This document shows, piece by piece, positions 54,255 to 64,000 of a stretch of 64,000 nucleotides of DNA. The notes beneath the pieces were generated by a model that worked only from the letters and a program-made list of their open reading frames with translations, did no database searches and was not told where the DNA came from. The position numbers were made by a program, and so were the translations under genes. Source of the stretch: Stieleria maiorica (GTDB lineage Bacteria; Planctomycetota; Planctomycetia; Pirellulales; Pirellulaceae); contig NZ_CP036264.1 in NCBI RefSeq assembly GCF_008035925.1, positions 2,412,443 to 2,476,442 on the forward strand, written 5' to 3'. Position 1 is the first letter of the stretch, and each line of letters opens with the position of its first letter.

Positions 54255-56357
54255 CTAGGAGCGTTTCTCAAGCTTTCCACGCAGCATCACGGTGTTCGCC
54301 TCGCGACGCACCTCGATCTCGAAGGTGTCGCCGGGCTCGTGCGCCCGCACCCACGACAAGACGTCGCTTGTGGTGCGAATCACCTGCCGGCCGATCCGTT
54401 GAATCTGGTCGTCGATTTGCAATCCCGCTTTCGATGCCGGGCCCCCCTCGGTCACGTCGGTGACGCTGACCACGCCGCCTCGTTCCGTAATCCGCACGCC
54501 CAAAAATGCCGTCATCTGACGACGGATCTGGACCCTCGGATCGGTCTCGGCATACGCGGGCCGTTGGGGGAGCACCGCCAGTTGAAATGCCACTTCAGAA
54601 ACCATATCGGTTACACGGGTTAGGTTCCCAAAATCGATTTTGTCGAAATCGTCAGAAGGTCGATGATAATCGTTGTGCAGCCCCGTGAAGAAAAACAACA
54701 CCGGCACACCGACCCGGTAAAACGACTGGTGATCGCTGGGACCATAACCACTGGCGACCTTAAAAAGGTCAAAGCCGAAGCGGTCGTTGGCCGCGTCCAC
54801 GACGGGTTCTAATCCGCTGGCCGATCCCGTCCCGTAAACCGTCAATTCGTTGTCGCGAAGCCGGCCGACCATGTCCAAATTGATCATCGCCGCCGTGGTT
54901 TCGATCGGCCGCACCGGGTTTTCGACATAATGCTGGCTGCCCAACAACCCACGCTCTTCGCCGGTGAACCCGATGAACAACACGGTGCGGTGCGAAGCCG
55001 TCGATTCCAACCGACGCATCAATTCCGATCCGCAAGCCAACATCGCCGCCGTCCCGCTGGCGTTGTCATCGGCTCCGTTGTGCACCGCGATCGTTCCCGG
55101 GGCCAAGGAGCCGAAGCCGCCCATGCCGACGTGGTCGTAATGGGCGCCCACCACGATCGTTTCGTTCGCTAGCAAACCCTTGCCGGGCAATCGCCCGATC
55201 ACGTTGTCGCTGGCCGCGACCGCCGGTTTCAAATCGACCGATAATTCGGCGGTCACGCCCTCGAGCGTCCGGCTGTCCGGCCGAAACGTCCGGTCGATTT
55301 CCGCCTCGACCTCTTCCAGCCCCACCCCGCCGCCGGCGCGCAGCATTTGATCGGCCAGATCGCGGGCGATCGAAGCAACCGGGATCTTCTCGGTCTGCTT
55401 GGTTTTCGTTCCTGCATCGGCGATCCCCAGAACGCCGCGTCGGGCAGCGGAAAGCTGGGATTGCATCGCCACAATCATCCGCTCGGTCGCCGCGATCTTC
55501 TCCGCCGTCGCCGCGCGGTTCTTGACCGCTTGCTGGGGAAGATTTTTCAGCACCTCGGCCAAGCGTTCCTTGCGGCGCACTTCCTGGTCGATGCGATTCT
55601 GTTCCTCCTGGACTGCGTCGCGAACGCTCCGCGGATCATTGACGATCAACACGCCGGCCGCCCCCTGCTTGATCGCCTCCGCGACCTTGGTGGCAAAGTA
55701 GGCGTGCCGCGTATTTTTGACACCGTCGAAGGGGCTGTCCGGGTCGCCGGCCCCGGGCTCTTTTCGCAGGATCAACACGATCGCACCGCGGGCATCGACC
55801 GAGGCGTAGTCGTCGTAGTGGTGCGATTCGGAACGGATCCCGTAGCCGGCAAAAACCACCCGCGCCGACACGGATTGTTTGTCGCTGCCGATGCCCAGCG
55901 GCCCGAACCCACCGTTCAAGTCCGCTTCGATGACGCTTTGGCCGGGGAGCTGAATGCGACAGACGTTGCCTTCTTCATTGCGAACCTCACTGCCAACCGT
56001 GATCGCGACGCTTTGAAAGGGGCTGCCGGCGACCGAGTCCAGTTGCAGCCCGATCGATTCCATTCGCTCGCGCAAATAGTTTCGCGCGACATCAATCGTC
56101 TCGTCGGTCACACTCCGCCCGCGCAGCTCCTCCGACGCCAGGTATTCAACGTCCTGACGCAGCGTCGCCATCAGTGACGCTGACTCGTCGTCAACAGACC
56201 CTTGTGCCGGGCAACTAGCTGCATCGATCGATAACAACACAAGTTGCAAAAGTGCCAGATGCATCGCGACCGCAACAGCCGTCCTCACGATGCAGGACGA
56301 CTTGGGAAGCGGCGAGTTTGTTCGGGTGGTCATGTGCCGGATATCGGATCGATTCAA
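54255..56357 (-). CDS. M28 family zinc aminopeptidase with PA domain and C-terminal PDZ domain, secreted
   Basis: GAHYDHVG, NGADDNASG, GFTGEERGLLGSQHY and GPSDHQSF are the M28 zinc-ligand motifs. The C-terminal GVRITERGGVVSVTDVTEGGPASKAGLQIDDQI is PDZ. Confidence 0.8.
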   Translation of the reverse strand: MNRSDIRHMTTRTNSPLPKSSCIVRTAVAVAMHLALLQLVLLSIDAASCPAQGSVDDESASLMATLRQDVEYLASEELRGRSVTDETIDVARNYLRERMESIGLQLDSVAGSPFQSVAITVGSEVRNEEGNVCRIQLPGQSVIEADLNGGFGPLGIGSDKQSVSARVVFAGYGIRSESHHYDDYASVDARGAIVLILRKEPGAGDPDSPFDGVKNTRHAYFATKVAEAIKQGAAGVLIVNDPRSVRDAVQEEQNRIDQEVRRKERLAEVLKNLPQQAVKNRAATAEKIAATERMIVAMQSQLSAARRGVLGIADAGTKTKQTEKIPVASIARDLADQMLRAGGGVGLEEVEAEIDRTFRPDSRTLEGVTAELSVDLKPAVAASDNVIGRLPGKGLLANETIVVGAHYDHVGMGGFGSLAPGTIAVHNGADDNASGTAAMLACGSELMRRLESTASHRTVLFIGFTGEERGLLGSQHYVENPVRPIETTAAMINLDMVGRLRDNELTVYGTGSASGLEPVVDAANDRFGFDLFKVASGYGPSDHQSFYRVGVPVLFFFTGLHNDYHRPSDDFDKIDFGNLTRVTDMVSEVAFQLAVLPQRPAYAETDPRVQIRRQMTAFLGVRITERGGVVSVTDVTEGGPASKAGLQIDDQIQRIGRQVIRTTSDVLSWVRAHEPGDTFEIEVRREANTVMLRGKLEKRS

Positions 56358-56568
56358 TGATGGATGTCACACACGGGCCGATCCGTTTGATCGAGTCGCA
56401 GGCCGGCAATTGACGAGGCACACCGCGTCATCAGGACCGCATTTGAATCAGCCCGCGGATGGCAGGGCGTACCCACGGATGTCTGGCAGTCCGGGATCCG
56501 TGGGGACGCTCTGCCATCTGTGGGTTTTATTTGTTGGAGTGTTCCAGCACCCGTACGCCCGACTGGGC

Positions 56569-59500
56569 TTACGCCGCTTCGGGCGTCTTCTCACCCCGTT
56601 GGACCAACATCAACAGGATCGGGCTGGCCACGAAGATCGAACTGTAGGTTCCGACCAGGACACCGACGACCAGACAGAACGCAAACGCGTGGATCCCTTC
56701 GCCGCCGAACAGGTACAGCAGCACGACCACAATCAACGTGGTGATCGAAGTCAACAAGGTCCGGCTGAGCGTTTGATTGATGCTGGTGTTGATCATTTCG
56801 CCGGTCAACCGCGGTGCCTTGCCTTTGGTTTCCCGGATCCGGTCAAACACGACGATCGTGTCGTTCAGCGAATAACCGATGATCGTCAGCAATGCCGCGA
56901 CCACGGTCAGACTGATCTTGAAGGGGTCGATCAACAGGAATCCGAGTGCATCGGCGACGTAGTAGCTGATCGCGATCGCACCGAGCGTGATCAAAACGTC
57001 GTGGACCAACGCCGCGACGGCCGCAAAGCCATAGATGACGCGCTGGAATCGGAACCAGATGTACAAGATGATCACCATCAAGCTGGCGAACAGGGCGACC
57101 GAGGCGCGTCCGACCATTTGACCGGCGACCCGTGCACCGACGCTGCTGCTGCTGACCCAAACCGGTTCGTTGCCCAATGATCGCTCGACGACCTGCATCA
57201 CCTTGTCGGCCGCGTCGTTGCCCATCGGCAACGTCACTTTCCACTCGGAAAACGGCACGCTCGATCCGCTCTTCCAATCCTCGGCGCCTTCGCCGCTGGG
57301 CAGCAAATCGACGGCACGTTCATTCAGCGGGATGTTTAATTCGTCGGCGGCCTCTTTCATCCGGTTGATCAACGTCGGGCCGCTGATCGAGGCACTCGTG
57401 TCGCCGCCGCCGATCCCCAAGCTGATGCGGCGAACGGCCGATTCGCCCGCGGTCAGTGACGGCTCGGCGCTGGTTGACTCGGAGGTTGCTTCACTGTCGG
57501 CAGCTTCACTGTCGGCCTGCATCGCGACCAGCATCACGCCGTTGGAATCGCGGCCGATCGAGGAGGTTTCCGATCCGCCGGCGGAGATCGTGACGTCGTA
57601 GGTGACCAGATCGGTATCGGTGGACGCTTCAAACGCCTCGACGATTCGCGCTTGCAGATCATCGACCGAAACCAGCGACGAATCGACTTTAAACACCGTC
57701 CCGTCATCGGCGCCGTCCATCGTCACGCCGTTGACGGTGAATTGGACGGGCGAGCCGTCTTGGTCACCGATCCCTGCACCGACGATCTCGCGAATGGTCT
57801 CCGTCGTCGTCGTCTCATTGACGCGGAATTGGACCGACGATCCGCCGGCAAAGTCGATGTCCAGGATGTTCTTGCCGCGTGCGAACAGCGATCCGAGACC
57901 GATCAGGATCAGGATCGCAGAAACGGCCAGGGCCGGTTTTCCTTTGCCGATGAAGTCCATCATGCCGCCGCCGGACACGGAATTCTTGATCGCGTTGACC
58001 ATATCCGACATCCCCAGCGACACCTTGTTGTGACGCTCGGCGATATCGAACAGCGTTCGCGACATGTAGATCGCGGTGAACATCGAGTACAGGATCCCCA
58101 AGATCAACGTGACGGCAAAGCCACGGATCTGGTCGGTTCCGATCGCGTACAACACGATCGCCGTGAACAGCGTCGTCAAGTTGGCATCGATAATGGTGAC
58201 CGTCGCCTTGGCAAATCCGTTTCGAATCGCCATCCGGTCCTTGGCACCCTTGCTGATCTCCTCGCGGATCCGTTCAAAAATCAACACGTTCGCGTCGACC
58301 GACATACCGACGGTCAAAACCAGACCGGCCAGTCCCGGCAGCGTCAGCGGTTGGTGAATCAGCACCATCGTCGCCAGAATCATGCCCAGGTTCAGCACCA
58401 GGGCCAAGCACGCGATTGCACCGGCAAACCGGTAATAGAACAGGATAAAGATCAGCACCAGCGACAGCGAAACGCCGATCGCCATCACGCCTTTGCGGAT
58501 CGTGTCGGCACCCAACGTCGCGTCGATCTGGTTCTTCGCGATCGGTTGTTTCGTCAGAGCCGCAGGCAATTGGCCGGCTTTCAAAATATCGACCAACGCT
58601 TTGACTTCTTCGGTCGTGAAATTACCGGTGATTCGACCTTGCTTGCTGATCGGTTGCAGGATGTTCGGTGCCGACAACAGTCGGTCGTCCATCACGATCC
58701 CGAGTTGACGTTGGCGGGTTCCCTGCGGCGCGTTTTCGGTCGTCAAGACACGGAACTTGCCGCTGCCGGAATCGGTCAGGTTGAACGCGACCGCCGGGGC
58801 GCCTTGCTCGTCAAAGGTGGTCGATGCGAACGCCAGGTCTTCACCTTTGACGTCGATATCGGGATCGATGATCATCAGCACCTCCAATCCCGACAGCCCT
58901 TGCTGGTCGACCCAGCTGGCTTGCAAGGCTTGGTCGCCGCGGACGGTGCTCGGCAATTCGATGAATTCGCCGGTGTCCGGGTTGCGAACGATCGCGTTCC
59001 CGACGTTGACGCGGAACGGCCCGTTGTCGCCCGTCCGAGTCGTCTCGCGGTCGACGATGGCCCAACGGCCGACCGTGCGACCATCGACGTCCGAAATCAC
59101 TTCGCTCATGCGGATCGCACGTTCTTTCGACGCCGCCTGTTCGGCCGCCAAGTTGATGATCCGCTGGTGGTCGGTTCGGTTGGCGAGGATTGCGAAACGC
59201 AGGATCCCGGCCTGCTTGAGCGTCTCTTCGATCTGGGCGACTTCGCGTTGATCGACTTCCGGGATGATGATTTCGATTTGCGAATCACCGTACGGACGGA
59301 TCACGATCTCACGCGTGCCGCTGGGGTTGATCCGCTTCGTTAGCGGGCCGACCAAATCCTTGGACTTGACCCCGTTGCCTTGCTGTTCGGCGTCCGGGTT
59401 GCTTTTGCTGGGGTCGATCTCATAGACCAGAATCGTTCCGCCGCGAAGGTCCACGCCCCGGTCGGGCAGTCGGTTCAACAGCACCGTGACGCTGGCGGTG

Positions 59501-59751
59501 ATCGCCAACAGGATGAACCCGATTCGCGTGCTGTGATTGGGCATCTTCAGCCGTTTGGCGAAGAACCCGCCCACCATGAACGGCAGGATCATCACCGCCA
59601 ATGCAATGGCCAGCATTCCGTACTGCTGCCATGAAATACCTTGTTCGGCGTCAGCTTGAGCGATCAGGCCGGCCAGCAGACTCGGGGCGGCCAATGTGAG
59701 ATCGGCCAGAGTGACGTCGGCTGGGGGCTGAACGAGAGAAAAGCAGTCCAT
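56569..59751 (-). CDS. secDF: protein translocase subunit SecDF (fused SecD-SecF)
   Basis: At 1060 aa it covers both subunits. It has two 6-TM bundles and periplasmic domains. The motifs VDANVLIFERIREE (SecD) and YSLNDTIVVFDRIRE (SecF) are present. It sits downstream of yajC. Confidence 0.9.
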   Translation of the reverse strand: MDCFSLVQPPADVTLADLTLAAPSLLAGLIAQADAEQGISWQQYGMLAIALAVMILPFMVGGFFAKRLKMPNHSTRIGFILLAITASVTVLLNRLPDRGVDLRGGTILVYEIDPSKSNPDAEQQGNGVKSKDLVGPLTKRINPSGTREIVIRPYGDSQIEIIIPEVDQREVAQIEETLKQAGILRFAILANRTDHQRIINLAAEQAASKERAIRMSEVISDVDGRTVGRWAIVDRETTRTGDNGPFRVNVGNAIVRNPDTGEFIELPSTVRGDQALQASWVDQQGLSGLEVLMIIDPDIDVKGEDLAFASTTFDEQGAPAVAFNLTDSGSGKFRVLTTENAPQGTRQRQLGIVMDDRLLSAPNILQPISKQGRITGNFTTEEVKALVDILKAGQLPAALTKQPIAKNQIDATLGADTIRKGVMAIGVSLSLVLIFILFYYRFAGAIACLALVLNLGMILATMVLIHQPLTLPGLAGLVLTVGMSVDANVLIFERIREEISKGAKDRMAIRNGFAKATVTIIDANLTTLFTAIVLYAIGTDQIRGFAVTLILGILYSMFTAIYMSRTLFDIAERHNKVSLGMSDMVNAIKNSVSGGGMMDFIGKGKPALAVSAILILIGLGSLFARGKNILDIDFAGGSSVQFRVNETTTTETIREIVGAGIGDQDGSPVQFTVNGVTMDGADDGTVFKVDSSLVSVDDLQARIVEAFEASTDTDLVTYDVTISAGGSETSSIGRDSNGVMLVAMQADSEAADSEATSESTSAEPSLTAGESAVRRISLGIGGGDTSASISGPTLINRMKEAADELNIPLNERAVDLLPSGEGAEDWKSGSSVPFSEWKVTLPMGNDAADKVMQVVERSLGNEPVWVSSSSVGARVAGQMVGRASVALFASLMVIILYIWFRFQRVIYGFAAVAALVHDVLITLGAIAISYYVADALGFLLIDPFKISLTVVAALLTIIGYSLNDTIVVFDRIRETKGKAPRLTGEMINTSINQTLSRTLLTSITTLIVVVLLYLFGGEGIHAFAFCLVVGVLVGTYSSIFVASPILLMLVQRGEKTPEAA

Positions 59752-59967
59752 CGTTGGTTGTTTCGTTGTCGAAAGGAATGCAAACGTTGCGGTTGCAGTG
59801 ATCGGGGGAAGCGGATTTGGCCGGTCCCTTCGGGGCCGGCGTCACCACCGTCGGTGTGTTTGGGCTGCCTTGGTAACAACCAAGGTCGCTGGTTGAGTCG
59901 TGGGGGGCGAACGATTCGAAAGGCTCGGATTCGATTGGTGGGGAATTCGAATTCGATTCGACGTTCT

Positions 59968-60258
59968 TTAGTCCTTGGCGTCGTCCTTGGGCTTTTTTTC
60001 TTCGATGACCGTCAGCGCCCACCGGCTGACCTTCACCCGTATCGTGCCGCTTTCGTCCAGCCGAATCGTCACCACATCGCTGTCGCTCGGGGCACTGACG
60101 ACCGTTCCGTGTAATCCGCCGTTGGTGATCACGCGATCATTCTTTTTGATCGCCGCGATCCGTTTTGCCTCTTCCGCCTTGCGTCGACGCTCCGGAGCAA
60201 TCAACGTCAGATAGAAGATCAAAATGATTCCCGCGATCGGGAACAGCGGATTCTCCAT
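59968..60258 (-). CDS. yajC: preprotein translocase subunit YajC
   Basis: MENPLFPIAGIILIFYLTLIAPERRRKAEEAKRIAAIKKNDRVITNGGLHGTVV matches YajC. I took the start at the internal Met; the ORF track begins at 60420. Confidence 0.8.
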   Translation of the reverse strand: MENPLFPIAGIILIFYLTLIAPERRRKAEEAKRIAAIKKNDRVITNGGLHGTVVSAPSDSDVVTIRLDESGTIRVKVSRWALTVIEEKKPKDDAKD

Positions 60259-60422
60259 CAACTGCAATAGAAACGGTTTGGGCTCGGCGACCTCCGCCGG
60301 GACATCTTCGGCCAGGAATAGCCAAGGTGCGAATTGAAGCAGGGGGTGGATCACAATCCGGACCGATTGGGTTCTCATCTGGTTGGCAAAATACAAGTGC
60401 GGCATGATATGGAAGCCCAAAA

Positions 60423-61643
60423 TTGGTCACAAGCCCAGCCAGCGCCGAACTTTCATTGCTTTTGCCAGTCTCACGTGGCTGCAGACCGCTCCCGATGACC
60501 CACCACACCCCTCCCAAACCCGCGTCAACGCCAGCAAATGCCGGTCCGGTGCCCCCTCCGGATCACTCCGGCGGCCCCCAACCCAACGCCGATTCCCATT
60601 TTTTTCCTACCTGGCCTCCCCAGTGGCCCGAGATTACCGAGTCCATTCTGCAGGTCCTCCGCAGTGGCCACTGGGGCCGCTATCGGGGGGAAGCAACGGA
60701 AAGGCTTCGAGAAAAGATTGTCGAATTGATCGGCTGTGGGCACGTGCGTTTGGTCAGCAGCGGATCACTGGGCGTCGAATCGGCCCTCCGCGCCGCCGGA
60801 ATCTCGCCCGGCAACCAGGTCGCCCTGTGCGGCTATGACTACCCGGGAAACTTTCGCGCGATCGAAATCTTGGGAGCCCGGCCGCTTTTGGTCGACGCTG
60901 ATCCGGCCGGATTCTCGGTCGATCCCGAATCGCTGCGGCAAGTCAGCCCTGAATCGGTGAAAGCTGTCGTCGTCTCACACCTGTATGGCGTCCCCGCGAA
61001 AATCCGCCAGCTGCGCGAAATCTGTGACCAGAAGGACTGGGCGCTGATCGAAGACGCCTGCCAGACGCCGGGCATGGCGATCGACGGCCGGCCGGCCGGG
61101 GCCTGGGGCGACGTCGCCGTGCTCAGCTTCGGCGGCAGCAAACCGTTGACCGCCGGAAACGGGGGCGCCGTGCTGACCAACAACGACAGGATTGCGAGCA
61201 AACTGAACGCCTACCTCGACCGCCCCAGTGATTCGACCCCGATGAGTGAATTGCAGGCCGCGGCGTTACTGCCCCAGTTGGACCGGTTGGACGAGTGCAA
61301 TCGGATTCGCTGGGAAACCTATTCGGCAATCGTCGCCGGCGTCGATTGGACCGGCCGGGCGACGTCCAGTTGCCGCGTGACCGAGCCCTCGACGATTTAC
61401 AAAGCGGCATTCTTAACACCGCGACGCGACGCACTGATCGAGCGGCTGCGGCGATCGGGGCTTCCCGTCGGTCCGGGCTATCGGTCGATGCACCGCAGCA
61501 GCGATCGGCGCTGCGATAAATCTGGGCCACTGGATCGCTGCCGCCAGCTCGGCGAACAGCTTTGCCTGCTCGACCACGCGGCGCTGCTGGCCACCGGATC
61601 ACTTCGAAGCGAGCTGATCGATTTGCTAACAGCTGCGGGATAG
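60423..61643 (+). CDS. DegT/DnrJ/EryC1/StrS family PLP-dependent aminotransferase
   Basis: ILQVLRSGHW is the N-terminal motif. VSSGSLGVESALRA and DACQTPG are present, and SFGGSKPLTAGNGGAV carries the PLP lysine. The N-terminal ~25-60 aa is Pro-rich, so the start may be at 60495. Confidence 0.8.
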   Translation: MVTSPASAELSLLLPVSRGCRPLPMTHHTPPKPASTPANAGPVPPPDHSGGPQPNADSHFFPTWPPQWPEITESILQVLRSGHWGRYRGEATERLREKIVELIGCGHVRLVSSGSLGVESALRAAGISPGNQVALCGYDYPGNFRAIEILGARPLLVDADPAGFSVDPESLRQVSPESVKAVVVSHLYGVPAKIRQLREICDQKDWALIEDACQTPGMAIDGRPAGAWGDVAVLSFGGSKPLTAGNGGAVLTNNDRIASKLNAYLDRPSDSTPMSELQAAALLPQLDRLDECNRIRWETYSAIVAGVDWTGRATSSCRVTEPSTIYKAAFLTPRRDALIERLRRSGLPVGPGYRSMHRSSDRRCDKSGPLDRCRQLGEQLCLLDHAALLATGSLRSELIDLLTAAG

Positions 61644-61664
61644 GCTTCCAAGGTTGTTACTCCT

Positions 61665-61740
61665 TGCTCCTCGTTCCAAGGCTCCGCCTTGGAACGCACT
61701 GTCGGTGTGGCTCCCGCCACACGCGGCCGGGCTGCCAGCG
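61665..61740. repeat. REP-like hairpin pair (TTCCAAGGCTCCGCCTTGGAA + GTGTGGCTCCCGCCACAC)
   Basis: It belongs to the same family as the 49795 and 50098 copies. It lies between the convergent DegT (+) and SGNH hydrolase (-) genes. Confidence 0.7.
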
Positions 61741-61886
61741 GCGGACACGTACGATGGCCCTTCCGGGCCGTCGCTGGCCAGACATGTACGATGGCCCTTC
61801 CGGGCCGTCGTTGGCGGGACCATCCGCTTACCACCACTTTTCGCACCTGATCATTCTGCCCCGTATCATTCTGCCATCCTTCCCCA

Positions 61887-63143
61887 CTATGACGCGACAA
61901 ACTCCAAGACCCGCACGGCGTTTCCCTGGCTCGCTTCGTTTTTCTTTTTCGATACCCGTAGCTTCAAGCGGTGAGGGCCGTCGTCCAGCGCCGACTTCAA
62001 CACCACCGTCCTCGGATAGTGCAGCCCTTTGCTGAAGCCGTGGAACAGCTCGGCGGCCTGCCAGTCTCCGTCGTCGATCGAAAACTCGACTACACCGGCG
62101 TCGGGGCCGGCCAACACGAACAAACCGATCGCGGTGCCGGAAAACGCGACCTCTAGCTCTGCGCCGGGGACCGTCGCAACGGTCAGCGGCCGACCGGCAA
62201 ATCGCTCGCGGAACGACCCGGCGATGTCTTTCCAGGACGGTTCGACGTATGACCATCCCGGCCCCATCGTGATCGCATCACGAGCGAGAAAACGTCCGCG
62301 ATCGAAGCTGGACGGATCGATCGGGGGCGGCAGCCGACGCGAGAGATCGCGTCGGCGGTTGCCGGATTTCGCGTCAGCAGAAGAAAACTTGGTTTGCCGG
62401 AACACATCTTCGATCAAGTCCGCAGCGATCCGGTTACCTGCCGGCTTCGGGTGCGTCCCCCCATAAATCGCCCAAGTGGTTTTTCCCGCTGCGATCCGCT
62501 GGGCCAGTTCCATGGCCACGTTACAGGTTGAAATGTCATAGTGTTCGGCCACCGTTTCGTGAGCCCGAATGCTGGTCGGTAATTCACCCTCTTGAACCGT
62601 TTGCAACATTGACGGATTGACGAAGTGGGTGATCACGATGTCCACGTCCGGTAGGCTGGTCCGGGCCGCTCGGATGATGCCCTCCATCCCCCGCACCGCA
62701 TCGTCATGGCTGTGCCCTGCGTCTTGATCATCGTTGACGGCGAATTCGACGAACAACAGATTCGGTTTGGCCGACAGCACATCGGTGGGCAACCGAAACG
62801 CCCCAGTGTGCGAGCAAGTGGACGAGATTCCCGCGTTGGTGAACTCGAACTCGGTCTCGGGGAATCGAGCCGCTAGGCTTTCCATCACCATGGGCCGATA
62901 GCCGTCCATTTCGGTGATCGAGCCGCCGATGAACGCGACACGCCCCGTTCCGGTCGCGGAGAACGCTTGGCGGCTGCGGTACAGGTCGCCACGCACAGTA
63001 ACGGCAGGTGCCTTGGCAACTGCTGGGGGCAACGTGTCCGAGTCGCCAGATGCCGGTTGCGTGTCCTCACAACGGCACGTCACGGCGGACCACACAAGGG
63101 CAGCCAAACAGCAGGCGATCCGACCGGAACGTGAAAGATTCAT
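61887..63143 (-). CDS. SGNH/GDSL family hydrolase, secreted
   Basis: A signal peptide is followed by FIGGSITE (block I, catalytic Ser). FVEFAVNDD is also present. The C-terminal ~150 aa is an extra beta-rich domain. Confidence 0.65.
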   Translation of the reverse strand: MNLSRSGRIACCLAALVWSAVTCRCEDTQPASGDSDTLPPAVAKAPAVTVRGDLYRSRQAFSATGTGRVAFIGGSITEMDGYRPMVMESLAARFPETEFEFTNAGISSTCSHTGAFRLPTDVLSAKPNLLFVEFAVNDDQDAGHSHDDAVRGMEGIIRAARTSLPDVDIVITHFVNPSMLQTVQEGELPTSIRAHETVAEHYDISTCNVAMELAQRIAAGKTTWAIYGGTHPKPAGNRIAADLIEDVFRQTKFSSADAKSGNRRRDLSRRLPPPIDPSSFDRGRFLARDAITMGPGWSYVEPSWKDIAGSFRERFAGRPLTVATVPGAELEVAFSGTAIGLFVLAGPDAGVVEFSIDDGDWQAAELFHGFSKGLHYPRTVVLKSALDDGPHRLKLRVSKKKNEASQGNAVRVLEFVAS

Positions 63144-63272
63144 GATTTCTCTATGGTTTTGACGACTTCGGTACTGACGAACCTGGAAACTTAAAGGATT
63201 GTCCTGATCTTAATTTCTGAGAACATAGGGTGCCAAACCGGCTTCTTTTGTTTTCCTAACACCCCCATTTTC

Positions 63273-63521
63273 ATGGCAGGTCGCATGGATTCACCCTTGA
63301 TCCTGATTGACGACAAGCACGTCCCACTTTATCGCATCGTCTGGGTCGCCGACCTACCCCATTGGTGCGGCGACAAGGATTGCGAGCGCGAAGGCGAATA
63401 CGAAATCCGACTGGATGTCGAAGAGTCCGTTTGGACCAGCCTGCGCGGCCGTGACCAGGTTTTGGAAAGCCTGAAGAAATGGTGCGGGGACCCCGAAGAC
63501 GACCACGACCCGTTGTTCTAG
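63273..63521 (+). CDS. small hypothetical protein (82 aa) with two WCGD motifs
   Basis: The ORF is complete and ends 4 nt before the inverted heptamer repeat. No family was recognised. Confidence 0.3.
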   Translation: MAGRMDSPLILIDDKHVPLYRIVWVADLPHWCGDKDCEREGEYEIRLDVEESVWTSLRGRDQVLESLKKWCGDPEDDHDPLF

Positions 63522-63525
63522 TGAC

Positions 63526-63552
63526 TCCCAACTCCCAACTCCCAACTCCCCC
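63526..63552. repeat. heptanucleotide microsatellite (CTCCCAA)x~3.5, an inverted copy of 7329-7390
   Basis: CTCCCAACTCCCAACTCCCAACTCCCCC lies directly after a stop codon. Confidence 0.9.
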
Positions 63553-63558
63553 GTCTCC

Positions 63559-64000
63559 ATGCCTGCTGATCGAATCCTTTTCGAATCCCATTCACACACG
63601 CCGCTCTGCAAACACGCCGACGGAATGCCGACCGAATACGCGGCGGTCGCCGAAGCGCGTGGTCTGCTGGGCATGCATGTGACCTGCCACAACCCGATGC
63701 CCGACGGCTTCTCCTCCGGCGTCCGGATGGCGGAATCGGAATTCGACCAGTACGTCGACCTGGTGGCCGAAACGACGGACCAATGGCGTGGCCGCGTCGA
63801 TGTGCGTTTGGGATTGGAAGCCGATTACTTCGAAGGCCACGAAGCGTATTTGGAGAAACAACTTTCCAGCGCGGACTTTCATTTCGTGCTCGGGTCGGTG
63901 CACCCGCAAATCGGCGAGTTCCGCGAAACGTATTGGCAAGATGACTTGGTCGAAGTCCAACGCATTTACTTCAACCTGTTGGCCAAGTCGGCCGAGACGG
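63559..64000 (+). CDS. PHP-domain histidinol-phosphatase-like protein (HisJ/HisK family), 3'-truncated by the window edge
   Basis: MPADRILFESHSHTPLC carries the HxH motif of the PHP domain. The frame stays open to the window end and is not in the ORF track because no stop is reached. Confidence 0.55.
   Translation, partial: MPADRILFESHSHTPLCKHADGMPTEYAAVAEARGLLGMHVTCHNPMPDGFSSGVRMAESEFDQYVDLVAETTDQWRGRVDVRLGLEADYFEGHEAYLEKQLSSADFHFVLGSVHPQIGEFRETYWQDDLVEVQRIYFNLLAKSAET

Overview
This is a high-GC chromosomal segment that looks planctomycetal (Pirellulaceae/Rhodopirellula-like). The evidence is a DUF1559 protein with a prepilin-type N-terminal motif, several sulfatases, Gfo/Idh/MocA oxidoreductases with Tat signal peptides, a giant FG-GAP/PVC-type heme-binding CxxCH protein, and dense REP-like hairpin repeats.

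Housekeeping genes that can be called with confidence are mtnA, msrB, queA, hpt, tRNA-Ser(UGA), the lipid A cluster skp-lpxC-lpxA-oxidoreductase, the yajC-secDF operon, a DegT aminotransferase, an SGNH hydrolase, a sugar-phosphate isomerase, an O-methyltransferase, a GT2 + 2xGT4 glycosyltransferase cluster, a site-2 protease with CBS domains, an RbsD/FucU homolog and a fatty-acid desaturase. No rRNA, CRISPR array, integrase or transposase was recognised.

The most unusual locus is a co-directional minus-strand module at 24256-33820. It encodes an NfeD/YqiJ-like membrane protein translationally coupled to an SPFH/flotillin protein, followed by a 1750-aa coiled-coil protein carrying a single AAA+ (AAA_5-like) ATPase domain, and then a peptidoglycan-binding HExxH metallopeptidase. 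I propose it as a candidate uncharacterised flotillin-associated membrane system.

Other notable items are an orphan phage/plasmid-type primase (Zn-ribbon + Toprim) abutting a (GGAGTTG)n microsatellite that recurs in inverted orientation 56 kb away. There are also several families of dispersed structured repeats: an ~80-nt element upstream of two secreted-repeat-protein genes, a ~125-nt palindromic element in two copies, REP-like hairpins bracketing individual genes, and tandem perfect 70-nt hairpins. Finally, lpxA is translationally coupled to a Gfo/Idh/MocA oxidoreductase (GnnA-like), which hints at GlcN3N-type lipid A. All calls rest on reading the sequence and translations by eye; no database search was possible.
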